The translations under genes and the position numbers were made by a program. Below the pieces are notes generated by a model. The model made no database searches. It was given only the letters and a program-made list of their open reading frames with translations, and was not told where the DNA came from. 42,024 nucleotides of DNA from Candidatus Fonsibacter ubiquis (GTDB taxonomy: Bacteria; Pseudomonadota; Gammaproteobacteria; Pseudomonadales; Azotimanducaceae), in the NCBI GenBank assembly GCA_964220205.1, contig CAXPUI010000356.1, positions 1 through 42,024 of the forward strand, written 5' to 3'. Shown here in pieces: positions 25,609 through 35,472 of the stretch (positions within the stretch are counted from its first letter, which is position 1; each line of letters begins with the position of its first letter).

Positions 25609-26670
25609 ATGGAATCCTACAATCAGAATGCTATACGCACAGCGGCAAAAGTTTCCGAGTACCGTCGACAACGCAAAGCCAGTATCGATCGAACACGAGA
25701 GCAACTGTTTCCTGCATCTGATCCGACCGGTCTGGGTGTCACACTGGAATACGAGAAGATGGGCAATCAACCCGTATCGGAGCAGTTAGCCGAACGTGCT
25801 GAAGCCCTCGGACTGGAGTTTGAACACCTGGGCGTGACCCTGGGCACTGTCATCCACAACGCCTGCCTGAAAGGTACTCCAGCGCCTGAATTGATCAGCG
25901 TTATCAGGGCAACGCTCCTGGAACGCAAAGTCATCTTCTTCCGTGATCAGCACCTTGATGAGGACGAGCAGGTGCAATTTGCACAATGCTTCGGCGAACT
26001 CGACGCCTTCCCATTCGGCAAGCCCGGCAAGAACCCTTATATCCTGGAAATCGTTCATGATGAAAAATCTCCCGGTGTAGAGAACGGCTTTCATACTGAC
26101 GTGACCTGGATGGAAAAGCCTTCATTAGGCTCAGTCGCACAACTGACAACGGCACCACCACAGGGAGGCGACACCTTATTTTCAGACAGTCACGCCTGCT
26201 ACCTGGGCTTACCTAAAAATCTCCAGGCAGAAATAGAATATCTCAACGGTATCCATGACTATCGAAACTTTCTCGGCCGGGGTGAGCATGCCCTGCCACC
26301 GCAACTGATCGCAGAGATCAAAGCGTCAATTCCTTTCGGGGTCAGCCACCCGCTGGTACGCACGCATCCCGAAACCGGGAAACCAGCACTTTACCTGCAC
26401 GGTGGTTTTCTACGTCATGACTCTCTGTATGATCGGCGCTCCGGCGAATCAATCGGTTCTGATAAGTCACTGGGTATCGTCAGCCAGCTGCTCTCTCGCC
26501 ACAACCGGCCCGAATACATCTGCCGGTTCAAGTGGCAGGCTGGCTCTATCGCATTCTGGGATAATCGCGCAGTTCAGCATTACGCTGCCAGCGATTACTA
26601 CCCCCATCGCAGGGTTCTCAGACGAGTAACGGTATCCGGGGATAGACCCTATTACGAACCAGCCAACTAG
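25609..26670 (+). CDS. TauD/TfdA-family Fe(II)/2OG dioxygenase (TauD/AtsK-like, substrate unclear)
   Basis: FHTDVTW (HxD), GGDTLFSD, THPETGKPALYLH, WDNRAVQHYA and RRVLRRVTV are present. The start is uncertain: ATG at 25609 or 25759, with the ORF-track start at 25507. The conserved core begins near residue 105 of the long ORF. Confidence 0.8.
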   Translation: MESYNQNAIRTAAKVSEYRRQRKASIDRTREQLFPASDPTGLGVTLEYEKMGNQPVSEQLAERAEALGLEFEHLGVTLGTVIHNACLKGTPAPELISVIRATLLERKVIFFRDQHLDEDEQVQFAQCFGELDAFPFGKPGKNPYILEIVHDEKSPGVENGFHTDVTWMEKPSLGSVAQLTTAPPQGGDTLFSDSHACYLGLPKNLQAEIEYLNGIHDYRNFLGRGEHALPPQLIAEIKASIPFGVSHPLVRTHPETGKPALYLHGGFLRHDSLYDRRSGESIGSDKSLGIVSQLLSRHNRPEYICRFKWQAGSIAFWDNRAVQHYAASDYYPHRRVLRRVTVSGDRPYYEPAN

Positions 26671-26679
26671 TCTTCCAGG

Positions 26680-27117
26680 CTATTCCGGTACGACCCGCCG
26701 ATTAGTCACGTAGTGAAACACGAAGCCACCGATCGCCCCGGCTAATCCCTGCGCAAGGAGACCAGCGATTTCCCGCGTCGGCGCAATGCCGCTCAAACCG
26801 AGCACGGCCTTAAGAATGACGTGAATGGCGAGCATCGCAACAAAACCCGCGGACACATATCCAACCAGCCTGAGGTCGGGGAACCGGCGAATGATCAGGC
26901 CAGCGGTGGGCAGGGCGATTAATAACCCTATCGCAATGAGCACCAGATAAATGTCATACATATGGGTCACATCATGCAACATCGCATCGAAACGCTGCCC
27001 TATCGAAACCTCAAATCCCATGGCTGTTACGGCAGCAATATTGCCCTGGCTGACAAATAAGGCACCGGCGATATAGGCAACCAGTACGGCCAACACATAC
27101 CCTGAAATAACTTTCAT
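26680..27117 (-). CDS. Small hydrophobic membrane protein of unknown function (about 4 TM)
   Basis: ATG at 27117 is preceded by GGAG 7 nt upstream. The protein is hydrophobic throughout and I recognise no family motif. Confidence 0.5.
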   Translation of the reverse strand: MKVISGYVLAVLVAYIAGALFVSQGNIAAVTAMGFEVSIGQRFDAMLHDVTHMYDIYLVLIAIGLLIALPTAGLIIRRFPDLRLVGYVSAGFVAMLAIHVILKAVLGLSGIAPTREIAGLLAQGLAGAIGGFVFHYVTNRRVVPE

Positions 27118-27182
27118 CGACACTCCAACAAATTCTCCACGCCCACGTATAATAGCGGCTTTATCAAGCACGCTGAACTGTT

Positions 27183-28262
27183 ATGCGAACATTGCTCTTT
27201 CTACTGCTCACTTTTCCCCACTTCGTCAACGCCGAAATCTACCAGACAGAAGTCATCGCCGAGGGCCTGTCACACCCCTGGTCAATTGATTTCCTGCCCG
27301 ATGGGGGTTATCTGGTCGCCATGAAATCCGGGGAAGTCCGACAAATATCCAGTAACGGCCAGGTTGGAGAAGTCATCAGCGGGGGACCAGTTACTCATTT
27401 CCAGGGACAGGGTGGCTACTTCGATATTCTGCTTGACCCGAACTACCTCGAGAACAATTTAGTCTACCTCAGTTATGCCGGAGGCCCCGCCAAAGCGAAT
27501 GCCACCACCATTATGAAAGCCAGGCTGTCGGACAACAGCTTCCTCGCAACAGACATCATTTACCGCGCCACGCCCACCAAGGACACACCTGCCCACTACG
27601 GCGGTAAGATGCACTTCCTGGCGGATGGCACTCTTCTGGTGACCACCGGCGACGGCTTCGAATACCGCGAGGGCGCTCAGGATACGTTCGGACATTTCGG
27701 CAAGGTCATCCGTATCGACACCAACGGGAATGCTCCTGCAGACAATCCCTTCGCCGATGGCAACCAAGGAGACACCAAGGTCTACTCCTACGGCCATCGC
27801 AACCCGCAGGGTCTGGACGTCTCGGTAGACGGCACCATATACCTGCATGAGCACGGCCCGAAAGGCGGCGACGAATTGAATCGCATTACAGCGGGTGCTA
27901 ACTATGGCTGGCCTGCCGTCACTTACGGCGACAACTACAGCGGTGCCTACGTCTCACCACTGACAGCCTACCCTGGCACAGAGCAGCCGCTTCACTACTG
28001 GGTCCCCAGTATCGCACCGTCCGGCCTGGTTGTTTATCAAGGTGATATGTTCCCGGAGTGGCAGGGTGATCTCCTCGTTGGCGCACTGGTCGATATGGAG
28101 GTCCGGCGCCTGGTCCTTGAAGATGGTATCGTCGTGGACGAAGTGGCACTGTTTTCAGAACTGGCAGAACGGATCAGGGACATTCGCGAGGCCCCCAGCG
28201 GAGCACTTTATATCCTGACAGACGGCGAAGGAGGCAAAGTCATTCGCGTGACTCGGCGTTAA
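27183..28262 (+). CDS. PQQ-dependent soluble sugar (glucose/sorbosone) dehydrogenase family, periplasmic
   Basis: Signal peptide MRTLLFLLLTFPHFVNA. Beta-propeller motifs are HYGGKMHFLADGTLLVTTGD, YGHRNPQGL and ANYGWP. Confidence 0.8.
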   Translation: MRTLLFLLLTFPHFVNAEIYQTEVIAEGLSHPWSIDFLPDGGYLVAMKSGEVRQISSNGQVGEVISGGPVTHFQGQGGYFDILLDPNYLENNLVYLSYAGGPAKANATTIMKARLSDNSFLATDIIYRATPTKDTPAHYGGKMHFLADGTLLVTTGDGFEYREGAQDTFGHFGKVIRIDTNGNAPADNPFADGNQGDTKVYSYGHRNPQGLDVSVDGTIYLHEHGPKGGDELNRITAGANYGWPAVTYGDNYSGAYVSPLTAYPGTEQPLHYWVPSIAPSGLVVYQGDMFPEWQGDLLVGALVDMEVRRLVLEDGIVVDEVALFSELAERIRDIREAPSGALYILTDGEGGKVIRVTRR

Positions 28263-28304
28263 CCGCAAAGAGTCGAATACAGACGGCTGGCTGGGCCCAA
28301 TGAA

Positions 28305-29336
28305 CTAACGCGAGGCAAGCGCTTCACGATAGGGACTGACGTCCATACCAAACATACCAAACCTAGCCTCTACTGCCGCAAGTGTGACTTCGCACCAGTA
28401 ATCGCTACCTGGCTGAGGAAAGCCCAGGACCGCCCGCTGCTCCAGCGACGCACCGCCAATCAGCCTTTCAAGAAATTTGTTGTCCCGGTATGCACTCCAC
28501 GCCCAGCCCACGTGCAGGGTGCTTATCCACTCAGCATAGGCTCGCCTGAAGGTCAGGTTCTGCACAATACGGCGACTGCCGGGCACCATGGGCGTGCCCC
28601 GATGCCAGGTATCGTGCCGATAGAAAAGGATATCGCCAGGCTGGAAGGCCACATGCTGTTCACGTTCATAAAGTGAAAGTCGCCAGTCGGAGAGTTCAGG
28701 ACGCTGCGTCGAAAAATAAGCTTCTGCACTGGGCCTGTCATTAATGTAGCGAAGATCGCCGATGCCCGGCGAATCCACGATGGGCCATCGATAAGCCGGG
28801 TCATCAGGACCTTGTCTCGGCACAACGGCCGTACCGCCGCCTGCATCTTCAAAGTGATCATAATAGACGATCATCTCCACCGCTTCCGGCTTCTCCCAGG
28901 GAGTCGGATGCGTCAGCGTATGATTCGGGTAGTCGATATGAATCCGCTGATCCTGATTGTCCTGTTCACCTGTCTTCGAGGTACGGCCATACTTCGACCA
29001 GAGGTCCGACTGTGTCAACCTCAGATCAACCACCTCTGTCCCCAGCAGATCTGCGACCGCTCCCAATAAATGTGGATGCAGGGTTAACTCATTGAGGGCA
29101 GCTGTCTGGGACGGAAAATTCAGCGCTCCATAGCTGCCGAAATCACTGATCTCTTCGGACTCCGCCGAGCCGGCTTCTGGATATCTGCTGGCGGCAGCTG
29201 CCCGAACAGCCGTGATCAATTCCATTGGGAGGAGATTCGAGACGAGGGTGAAACCTTCTGACCGCCATTGCTCGACCTGGTCGCCACTGAGCTTACCGTC
29301 AGAGGGCGTCGCATAAACCAGTCGACTCTCATTCAT
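28305..29336 (-). CDS. PhyH-like Fe(II)/2OG oxygenase
   Basis: LSGDQVEQWRSEGFTLVSNLLP is a PhyH-type N-terminus. RIHIDYPNH supplies HxD and GDILFYRHDTWHRGTP the distal His. Confidence 0.65.
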   Translation of the reverse strand: MNESRLVYATPSDGKLSGDQVEQWRSEGFTLVSNLLPMELITAVRAAAASRYPEAGSAESEEISDFGSYGALNFPSQTAALNELTLHPHLLGAVADLLGTEVVDLRLTQSDLWSKYGRTSKTGEQDNQDQRIHIDYPNHTLTHPTPWEKPEAVEMIVYYDHFEDAGGGTAVVPRQGPDDPAYRWPIVDSPGIGDLRYINDRPSAEAYFSTQRPELSDWRLSLYEREQHVAFQPGDILFYRHDTWHRGTPMVPGSRRIVQNLTFRRAYAEWISTLHVGWAWSAYRDNKFLERLIGGASLEQRAVLGFPQPGSDYWCEVTLAAVEARFGMFGMDVSPYREALASR

Positions 29337-29461
29337 AGGCTGCTCCCTTGGTCTTTATGAATCAACATCCTCAGGCCAATCCGCTTCCAGTAACCTGATC
29401 CCGGGACTAACGACGCCCTGAGGGCAACCACTACACGGGCGACCGGATCAACATTGAGCCG

Positions 29462-30259
29462 CTATCCCGCCAGGTCCGCAACAGCCCGTCTCGTCATCAC
29501 ACTGCAAAGATGCGCCCGGTACTCCGCAGAAGCATGCAGATCATCGTTCATCCCGCTGGCTGACAACGATAGACCTGCGATCGCGCCGGCAGAGAAGTCG
29601 GACATGAGGGCCGCTTCTGCTTCGTGCCACCGGAAAGCGCTGGGTGACGCACCGGTAATGGCAACGCGAATGCCATCAGCGGTTTTCGCAACAAAAACTC
29701 CCACCGTCGCATAACGAGACGCGGGGTTCGGGAATTTCATGTAAACCGATGATTCAGGGACGGGAAAGATGACCGCTTCCAGCAGTTCCCCTTCCGGTAG
29801 CGCAGTTTCGAACATGCCCATGAAAAATTCATCTGCAGGGATTTCGCCCACGGTCGTTCTCACTTGCGCTCCCAATCCAAGCAAGCCAGCCGGATAGTCT
29901 GCAGCCGGGTCAGCGTTGGTAACAGATCCCCCTATCGTCCCTCTGTTGCGGACCTGGGCATCACCAATACCACCAGCCAGTTTCGCCAGCGCAGGGATTC
30001 CGGAGGCGACGATTGTGGATGTAGCGACATCATCATGACAGGTCATCGCACCGATCACGATCTCACCATCAGCCTCCTTGATACCTGACAGATCTGCAAT
30101 CGCAGAAAGATCTATCAGATCAGAGGGCGCCGCCAACCGCTGCTTCATGGACGGTAACAGCGTATGGCCACCGGCCAGAAAACTCGGATCTTCAAGTTCC
30201 GTGAACAACTGCCGGGCTTCAGCGACACTCTCCGGCCTGTGGTAGTTAAATTCGTACAT
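29462..30259 (-). CDS. coxM: Molybdenum hydroxylase FAD-binding medium subunit (CoxM-like)
   Basis: FLAGGHTLLPSMK and GTIGGSVTNADPAADYP are FAD-binding motifs of the xanthine dehydrogenase family subunit M. Confidence 0.85.
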   Translation of the reverse strand: MYEFNYHRPESVAEARQLFTELEDPSFLAGGHTLLPSMKQRLAAPSDLIDLSAIADLSGIKEADGEIVIGAMTCHDDVATSTIVASGIPALAKLAGGIGDAQVRNRGTIGGSVTNADPAADYPAGLLGLGAQVRTTVGEIPADEFFMGMFETALPEGELLEAVIFPVPESSVYMKFPNPASRYATVGVFVAKTADGIRVAITGASPSAFRWHEAEAALMSDFSAGAIAGLSLSASGMNDDLHASAEYRAHLCSVMTRRAVADLAG

Positions 30260-30261
30260 GG

Positions 30262-32607
30262 TTAAGCCTCCTGTAGCGCCTGCCAGACCTTGTGGGCTGT
30301 TGCCGGCATGGCAATATCCCTGACACCAATCGCATCGGTGATGGCATTGATCACAGCGGGGGGCGAACCGATGGCACCGGCCTCACCGCACCCTTTTGCA
30401 CCGATCGGGTTGTGGGTACAGGGCGTCGACGTCAAATCCACGGTAAACGATGGCAGGTCATCGGCTCGAGGCATGCAGTAATCCATGAATGAACCGGTTT
30501 GCAGCTGGCCTTCTTCGTCATAAACGCTGACCTCACACAAGGCCTGCCCAATACCCTGGGCAATACCGCCATGCACCTGCCCCGCAACAATCATCGGATT
30601 AATGATTGTGCCGAAATCATCGACAGCGGTGAATTTCAGTATGTCGGTGACCCCGGTTTCCGGGTCAACCTCTACCTCGCAGATATAGGCGCCTGCTGGA
30701 AAGGTAAAATTCCCCGGGTCGTAAAATGCTTTTTCGGCCAGCCCCGGTTCCAGATCATCGTGCGGGAAGTCATGCGGAACATAAGCCGCAAAGGCAATTT
30801 CCTGGAATGTTCTGGCTTCATTGCTGTCGCGAACGCGATACTCACCCTGATCAAAATCGATCTGGTCAGCATCACTCTGCATGAGATGGGCTGCAATGAG
30901 GCGTCCCTTGTCCACAACCTTGTCGGCTGCTCTGGCCAGAGCCGACCCACCAACCGCAAGCGATCTTGAACCGTAGGTGCCAAGCCCAAACTCCATCTTA
31001 CCGGTATCCCCATGCACGACTTCCACGTCATCCACCGAGATGCCGAATCGACTCGCAACCAGTTGCGCAAAGGTCGTTTCATGACCCTGTCCATGGCTAT
31101 GGGAGCCCGTTAACACAGTCACTGATCCTGTCGGATTCACCCTGACTTCACCTGACTCCCAGAGCCCTACACCTGCGCCAAGGGCCCCTGCGATCTGAGA
31201 CGGTGCGAGACCACAGGCTTCGATGTAGCAACTGACGCCGATACCCCGTAATTTACCGCCGGCCTCTGAAGCCTTACGGCGTTCAGCAAAACCGTCGTAA
31301 TCGGCGAGCGCCAAGGCCTTATCAAGACTTGCTTCGTAATCTCCTACGTCATATTCAAGAGCCACGGGCGTCTGGTAGGGGAACTCGTCCGGCTGGATGA
31401 AATTCCGCCGACGTAACTCCACCGGATCCATGTCCAGCTCTCTTGCAGCCAGGTCAATAATCCTCTCGAGGAGGAAGGTAGCCTCGGGGCGACCGGCTCC
31501 GCGGTAAGCATCTACAGGCGTGGTATTGGTGAAAACAGCATCAACTTCAACATAGATGTTTGGTGTCTTGTACTGACCTGCGAGTAATGTCCCGTAAAGG
31601 TAGGTCGGCACAGCTGCAGAGAAGGTTGAGAGGTAGGCGCCCATATTCGCCAGGGTCTTGACCCGGAGGCCCGTGAACATCCCGTTTTCATCAAGTGCCA
31701 GTTCCGCCTCGGTCACGTGATCTCGACCATGGGCATCCGTCAGGAAAGATTCGGAACGCTCTGCTGTCCACTTAATGGGCAGTCCAAGCCTTTTCGATGC
31801 CCAGCCCAACGCCGTCTCCTCTGAGTAAATGAAGATCTTGGAACCAAACCCACCACCTACATCCGGCGCAATAACCCTAAGTTTGTGCTCAGGCGCCAGC
31901 TGCACGAAAGCAGTCAGAACGAGACGCGTCAGGTGTGGGTTCTGGCTTGTTGTGTAAAGCGTCAATTCCTCGGTGCCGGGGTTGTAATCCGCGATGGCTG
32001 CTCTTGGCTCTATCGCGTTAGGAATCAGACGATTGTTAGTCAACTCGTAACGGGTTACGTGGGCCGCCGACTCAAAGGCAGCTTCTGTGGCCTCACGATC
32101 CCCCAGTTCCCATTCATAACTGGTGTTTGCCGGTATCTCTGCATAAATCTGTTCGGCGGACTGCGCTGTTCGAAGATCAGCGACCGGTGGCCGTTCGCCA
32201 TATTCAACATCGACCAGTTCCGCCGCATTCTTGGCGAGCTTCATTGACTCGGCGACGACCAGCGCCAGGGGCTCACCCGCGTAATTGACCTTATCAGCGG
32301 CCATGACCGGGTGCGCCGGTGATTTCATTTCACTACCGTCCTTGGAATGAATCATCCAGCCACAGGGCAATGCACCCAGGCCATCTGCCGCGACGTCGGC
32401 ACCAGTCAGCACAGCGATAACGCCTTCCTCTGCAGCAGCGGCAGATACATCAACGGACTCAATCGTAGCGTGGGCAAGGGGCGAGCGAACAAAATAACCA
32501 TAGGCCTGTCCCCTCACATTGATATCGTCAGTGTAATTCCCTGTACCCGTGATAAACCGCTGGTCCTCTTTCCGCAATACGGATTGACCAATACTCTGCT
32601 CGCTCAT
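30262..32607 (-). CDS. coxL: Molybdopterin-binding large subunit, form II CoxL-like (xanthine dehydrogenase family)
   Basis: 781 aa. The active-site loop reads PVDAYRGAGRPEA, the form II AYRGAGR motif, not the form I AYXCSFR motif. Confidence 0.85.
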   Translation of the reverse strand: MSEQSIGQSVLRKEDQRFITGTGNYTDDINVRGQAYGYFVRSPLAHATIESVDVSAAAAEEGVIAVLTGADVAADGLGALPCGWMIHSKDGSEMKSPAHPVMAADKVNYAGEPLALVVAESMKLAKNAAELVDVEYGERPPVADLRTAQSAEQIYAEIPANTSYEWELGDREATEAAFESAAHVTRYELTNNRLIPNAIEPRAAIADYNPGTEELTLYTTSQNPHLTRLVLTAFVQLAPEHKLRVIAPDVGGGFGSKIFIYSEETALGWASKRLGLPIKWTAERSESFLTDAHGRDHVTEAELALDENGMFTGLRVKTLANMGAYLSTFSAAVPTYLYGTLLAGQYKTPNIYVEVDAVFTNTTPVDAYRGAGRPEATFLLERIIDLAARELDMDPVELRRRNFIQPDEFPYQTPVALEYDVGDYEASLDKALALADYDGFAERRKASEAGGKLRGIGVSCYIEACGLAPSQIAGALGAGVGLWESGEVRVNPTGSVTVLTGSHSHGQGHETTFAQLVASRFGISVDDVEVVHGDTGKMEFGLGTYGSRSLAVGGSALARAADKVVDKGRLIAAHLMQSDADQIDFDQGEYRVRDSNEARTFQEIAFAAYVPHDFPHDDLEPGLAEKAFYDPGNFTFPAGAYICEVEVDPETGVTDILKFTAVDDFGTIINPMIVAGQVHGGIAQGIGQALCEVSVYDEEGQLQTGSFMDYCMPRADDLPSFTVDLTSTPCTHNPIGAKGCGEAGAIGSPPAVINAITDAIGVRDIAMPATAHKVWQALQEA

Positions 32608-32608
32608 A

Positions 32609-33079
32609 TCAGTTCCTCATCTTTGTCGCTGCCTGTTCCACAGCACGAACGATATTGTGATACCCCGTACAGCGGCAGATATTACCCTTGAGGCCCTCCC
32701 GGATAACCGTTTCATTCAGTGCAGGCTCCCGGTTTACCAGATCAACCGCCGACATAATCATCCCGGGCGTACAGAAGCCACACTGCAGTCCATGGCACTG
32801 TCGAAACGCTTCCTGCATCGGGTGCAGCCCCTCATCGGAACCCAGGCCTTCAATGGTGGTTACCTCAGACCCGTCGCACTGCCGGACAAGCACAGTGCAG
32901 GACTTAACTGCCCTGCCGTTAAGGTGCACCGTGCAGGCTCCACACTGTGTGGTGTCACAACCCACATGAGTTCCCGTTAAGCCCAGGTGTTCTCTCAGAA
33001 GTTCCACCAGTGTGGTGTTCGCCGGACACTCCTGGTTTATCGCCTTACCGTTGATAGTCATATTTACTGTCACGGCCAA
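32609..33079 (-). CDS. coxS: [2Fe-2S]-binding small subunit (CoxS-like)
   Basis: [12 protein letters not shown] is the plant-type cluster motif. CGFCTPG and CRCTGY belong to the second cluster. Confidence 0.9.
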   Translation of the reverse strand: MAVTVNMTINGKAINQECPANTTLVELLREHLGLTGTHVGCDTTQCGACTVHLNGRAVKSCTVLVRQCDGSEVTTIEGLGSDEGLHPMQEAFRQCHGLQCGFCTPGMIMSAVDLVNREPALNETVIREGLKGNICRCTGYHNIVRAVEQAATKMRN

Positions 33080-33087
33080 CCCTCCTT

Positions 33088-33567
33088 TTATGTTTCGATT
33101 GTGACCACTTCAACCAACCTGTCTGCATCGTCGCAGACCAGACGCACGAATGCAGTAAAAAATTCATCAGCCATTTTTCGTGCCGCAGCCGCTACCAGCC
33201 GCGATCCTATCTGCGCGAGCTTGCCACCGACACTGACTGAGACTTTGTACCTTAATGATGTGCCGGTTTCCTGATCATCCAGGAAAACCTCTGCCTGACC
33301 CTTGCCGAAACCTGCAGCCCCCCCTTTCCCTTTGCCGCTGATGGTATAGGAGGTCAGCGGAGTAATATCGCTGAGTTCAAGGTCTCCAGAGAAGCGGGCT
33401 TTCACCGGACCTATTTTTGCCGCAATGACGAAGTCAAAGCTCGAACTTCCTGTGGCGGAGAATGTTTCACAACCCGGCAGGCACTGTTGCAGTACCACAG
33501 GGTTGGTAAGAGCCAGCCAGACAGCTTCTCTGTCTACTGGAATGGTGACTTTCTGGTGAAGTTCCAC
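33088..33567 (-). CDS. coxG: CoxG-like SRPBCC-fold protein
   Basis: [35 protein letters not shown] is the typical CoxG N-terminus. GTG start. Confidence 0.75.
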   Translation of the reverse strand: MELHQKVTIPVDREAVWLALTNPVVLQQCLPGCETFSATGSSSFDFVIAAKIGPVKARFSGDLELSDITPLTSYTISGKGKGGAAGFGKGQAEVFLDDQETGTSLRYKVSVSVGGKLAQIGSRLVAAAARKMADEFFTAFVRLVCDDADRLVEVVTIET

Positions 33568-33651
33568 AGGTCAATAATTCTGGAAATTCAGAGCAGGAAG
33601 TGTAACTCTCTCGTTTCGATTGGGAAACGTCCGACTTTAAATATCTTAGTT

Positions 33652-35457
33652 ATGACACAGAAACTACCAACCCCAGAAGAACTTGGCTTTGACCCGGATG
33701 AACTGAGAGACAAATATCGCCACGAGCGAGACAAGAGAATCAGAGAAGACGGTAACGAGCAGTACATCGAAATGACCGGGGATTTCGAAAGCTATATTGA
33801 CGATCCCTACGTCGACTCAATACAGGACCGGGCACCACTGAACGATGAGACCGAAATCATCATTATCGGTGGTGGCTTTGGCGGCCTCATTACCGGGGCC
33901 AGGCTGCGCGATGCAGGTTTTGATGATCTGCGCATTATCGAAAAGGGCGGTGACTTTGGAGGCACCTGGTACTGGAACCGATACCCAGGAGCAGCCTGCG
34001 ATACCGAAGCCTATATCTACCTGCCACTGTGCGAGGAACTGGGCGTGGTACCAACGCAAAAATATGCTCAGGGTCCGGAAATTCGCGCGCACAGTCAACG
34101 TATCGCCCGACACTATGGCCTCTATGACAACGCCTGCCTGCAGACTGAAGTTACCGACATGCACTGGGACGAAACAGCCGCGCGCTGGGTTATTGAAACC
34201 GACCGGGGTGACACGATGCGTGCCCGCTATGTCATCATGTCCAATGGCCCCATCAACCGCCCCAAACTTCCCGGCATCTCTGGCATCAGGGACTACCAGG
34301 GTCACACTTTCCACACCAGTCGCTGGGATTATCAGTACACAGGCGGCGGCCCCGAGGGTAATCTCACGAACCTCCACGACAAGCGGGTCGCGGTCATCGG
34401 CACCGGTGCAACCGCAGTGCAGTGTATACCCCATCTGGGCGCGTCGGCCGAAACACTTTACGTCTTCCAGCGAACACCCTCATCAATCGATGTCCGAGAT
34501 AACCGGAACACCGATCCGGAATGGGCAGAGGGACTGCAGCCCGGCTGGCAGCGCGAGCGGATGGAGAACTTCAATACACTGACCTCTGGCGGCATTGTCG
34601 AGGAAGACCTGGTCCAGGACGGTTGGACCGAAATCATCAGAAATCTCATCTCCATGGCCAATTACCGGGGCAAGGACACAGATTGGTCTCTCGTGCCGAA
34701 GCTGATGGAAATCGCTGACTTCCAGAAAATGAACCAGATTCGTGCGAGGGTTGACGCGATCGTCGAGGATGCTGAAACCGCAGAGGCCCTTAAACCCTAT
34801 TATCGACAATTTTGCAAACGCCCCTGCTTCCACGATGAATATCTGCCCACCTTTAACCGCGACAATGTCCACCTGATCGATACAAACGGCAAGGGCGTCG
34901 AACGCATTACCGAAAAAGGGGTTGTTGCCAACGGCAAGGAATACGAGGTGGATTGCATTGTTTTTGCCACTGGCTTTGAGGTTGGCACAAGTTACACCCG
35001 CCGAGCCGGGTACGATGTGACGGGCATGAATGGCACGTCTCTCGCCGAAAAATGGCGAGATGGCCTGCGCACCCTTCATGGCTTGCACAGCCGGGATTTC
35101 CCCAACCTGATGTTCATCCAAAGTGGTCAGGCGGCCTTCACAACCAACTTCCCACACTATATGGATGAACAGGCTCAGCACATCGGCTACATCATCCGGA
35201 CCTGTGCTGAGAGGGGCATCAAGACAATCCAGCCAACCCAGGAAGCTGAAGACGCCTGGGTTGAGGAAATCATTGAACTATCCCGGATCAGCGACAGCTT
35301 TCAGGAAGCGTGCACCCCCGGCTATTACAACAATGAAGGCCAGGCGAACCCCAGGAGCCGACAGAACAGCGCCTACGGCAAAGGGCCAAACAGGTTTTTT
35401 GCTCGCATGCAGGACTGGCGTGAGGAAGGCCTGCTATCCGGTCTGGAAGCCAATTGA
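33652..35457 (+). CDS. Type I Baeyer-Villiger (flavin/NADPH-dependent) monooxygenase
   Basis: ATG at 33652. FAD motif IIGGGFGGL, BVMO fingerprint YQGHTFHTSRWD, and second dinucleotide motif VIGTGATAVQ. Confidence 0.85.
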   Translation: MTQKLPTPEELGFDPDELRDKYRHERDKRIREDGNEQYIEMTGDFESYIDDPYVDSIQDRAPLNDETEIIIIGGGFGGLITGARLRDAGFDDLRIIEKGGDFGGTWYWNRYPGAACDTEAYIYLPLCEELGVVPTQKYAQGPEIRAHSQRIARHYGLYDNACLQTEVTDMHWDETAARWVIETDRGDTMRARYVIMSNGPINRPKLPGISGIRDYQGHTFHTSRWDYQYTGGGPEGNLTNLHDKRVAVIGTGATAVQCIPHLGASAETLYVFQRTPSSIDVRDNRNTDPEWAEGLQPGWQRERMENFNTLTSGGIVEEDLVQDGWTEIIRNLISMANYRGKDTDWSLVPKLMEIADFQKMNQIRARVDAIVEDAETAEALKPYYRQFCKRPCFHDEYLPTFNRDNVHLIDTNGKGVERITEKGVVANGKEYEVDCIVFATGFEVGTSYTRRAGYDVTGMNGTSLAEKWRDGLRTLHGLHSRDFPNLMFIQSGQAAFTTNFPHYMDEQAQHIGYIIRTCAERGIKTIQPTQEAEDAWVEEIIELSRISDSFQEACTPGYYNNEGQANPRSRQNSAYGKGPNRFFARMQDWREEGLLSGLEAN

Positions 35458-35472
35458 CCCAAAGGCCAGCAG

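Noticed and set aside
30262-32607. Calling the cluster a true aerobic carbon monoxide dehydrogenase
   Set aside because: The active-site loop is AYRGAGR (form II), not AYXCSFR. The gene order is S-L-M and no coxDEF accessory genes are present.
33817-35181. Long antisense or out-of-frame ORFs inside the BVMO gene (33817-34434 -, 33845-34582 +, 34483-35181 -)
   Set aside because: They lie wholly within a gene that carries clear BVMO motifs. Their translations are Arg/Pro/Gly-rich and motif-free, as expected for shadow ORFs in GC-rich coding DNA. The same reasoning applies to 7669-8247 (-), 11383-11730 (-), 13658-14113 (-), 39477-40001 (-) and 41002-41729 (-).
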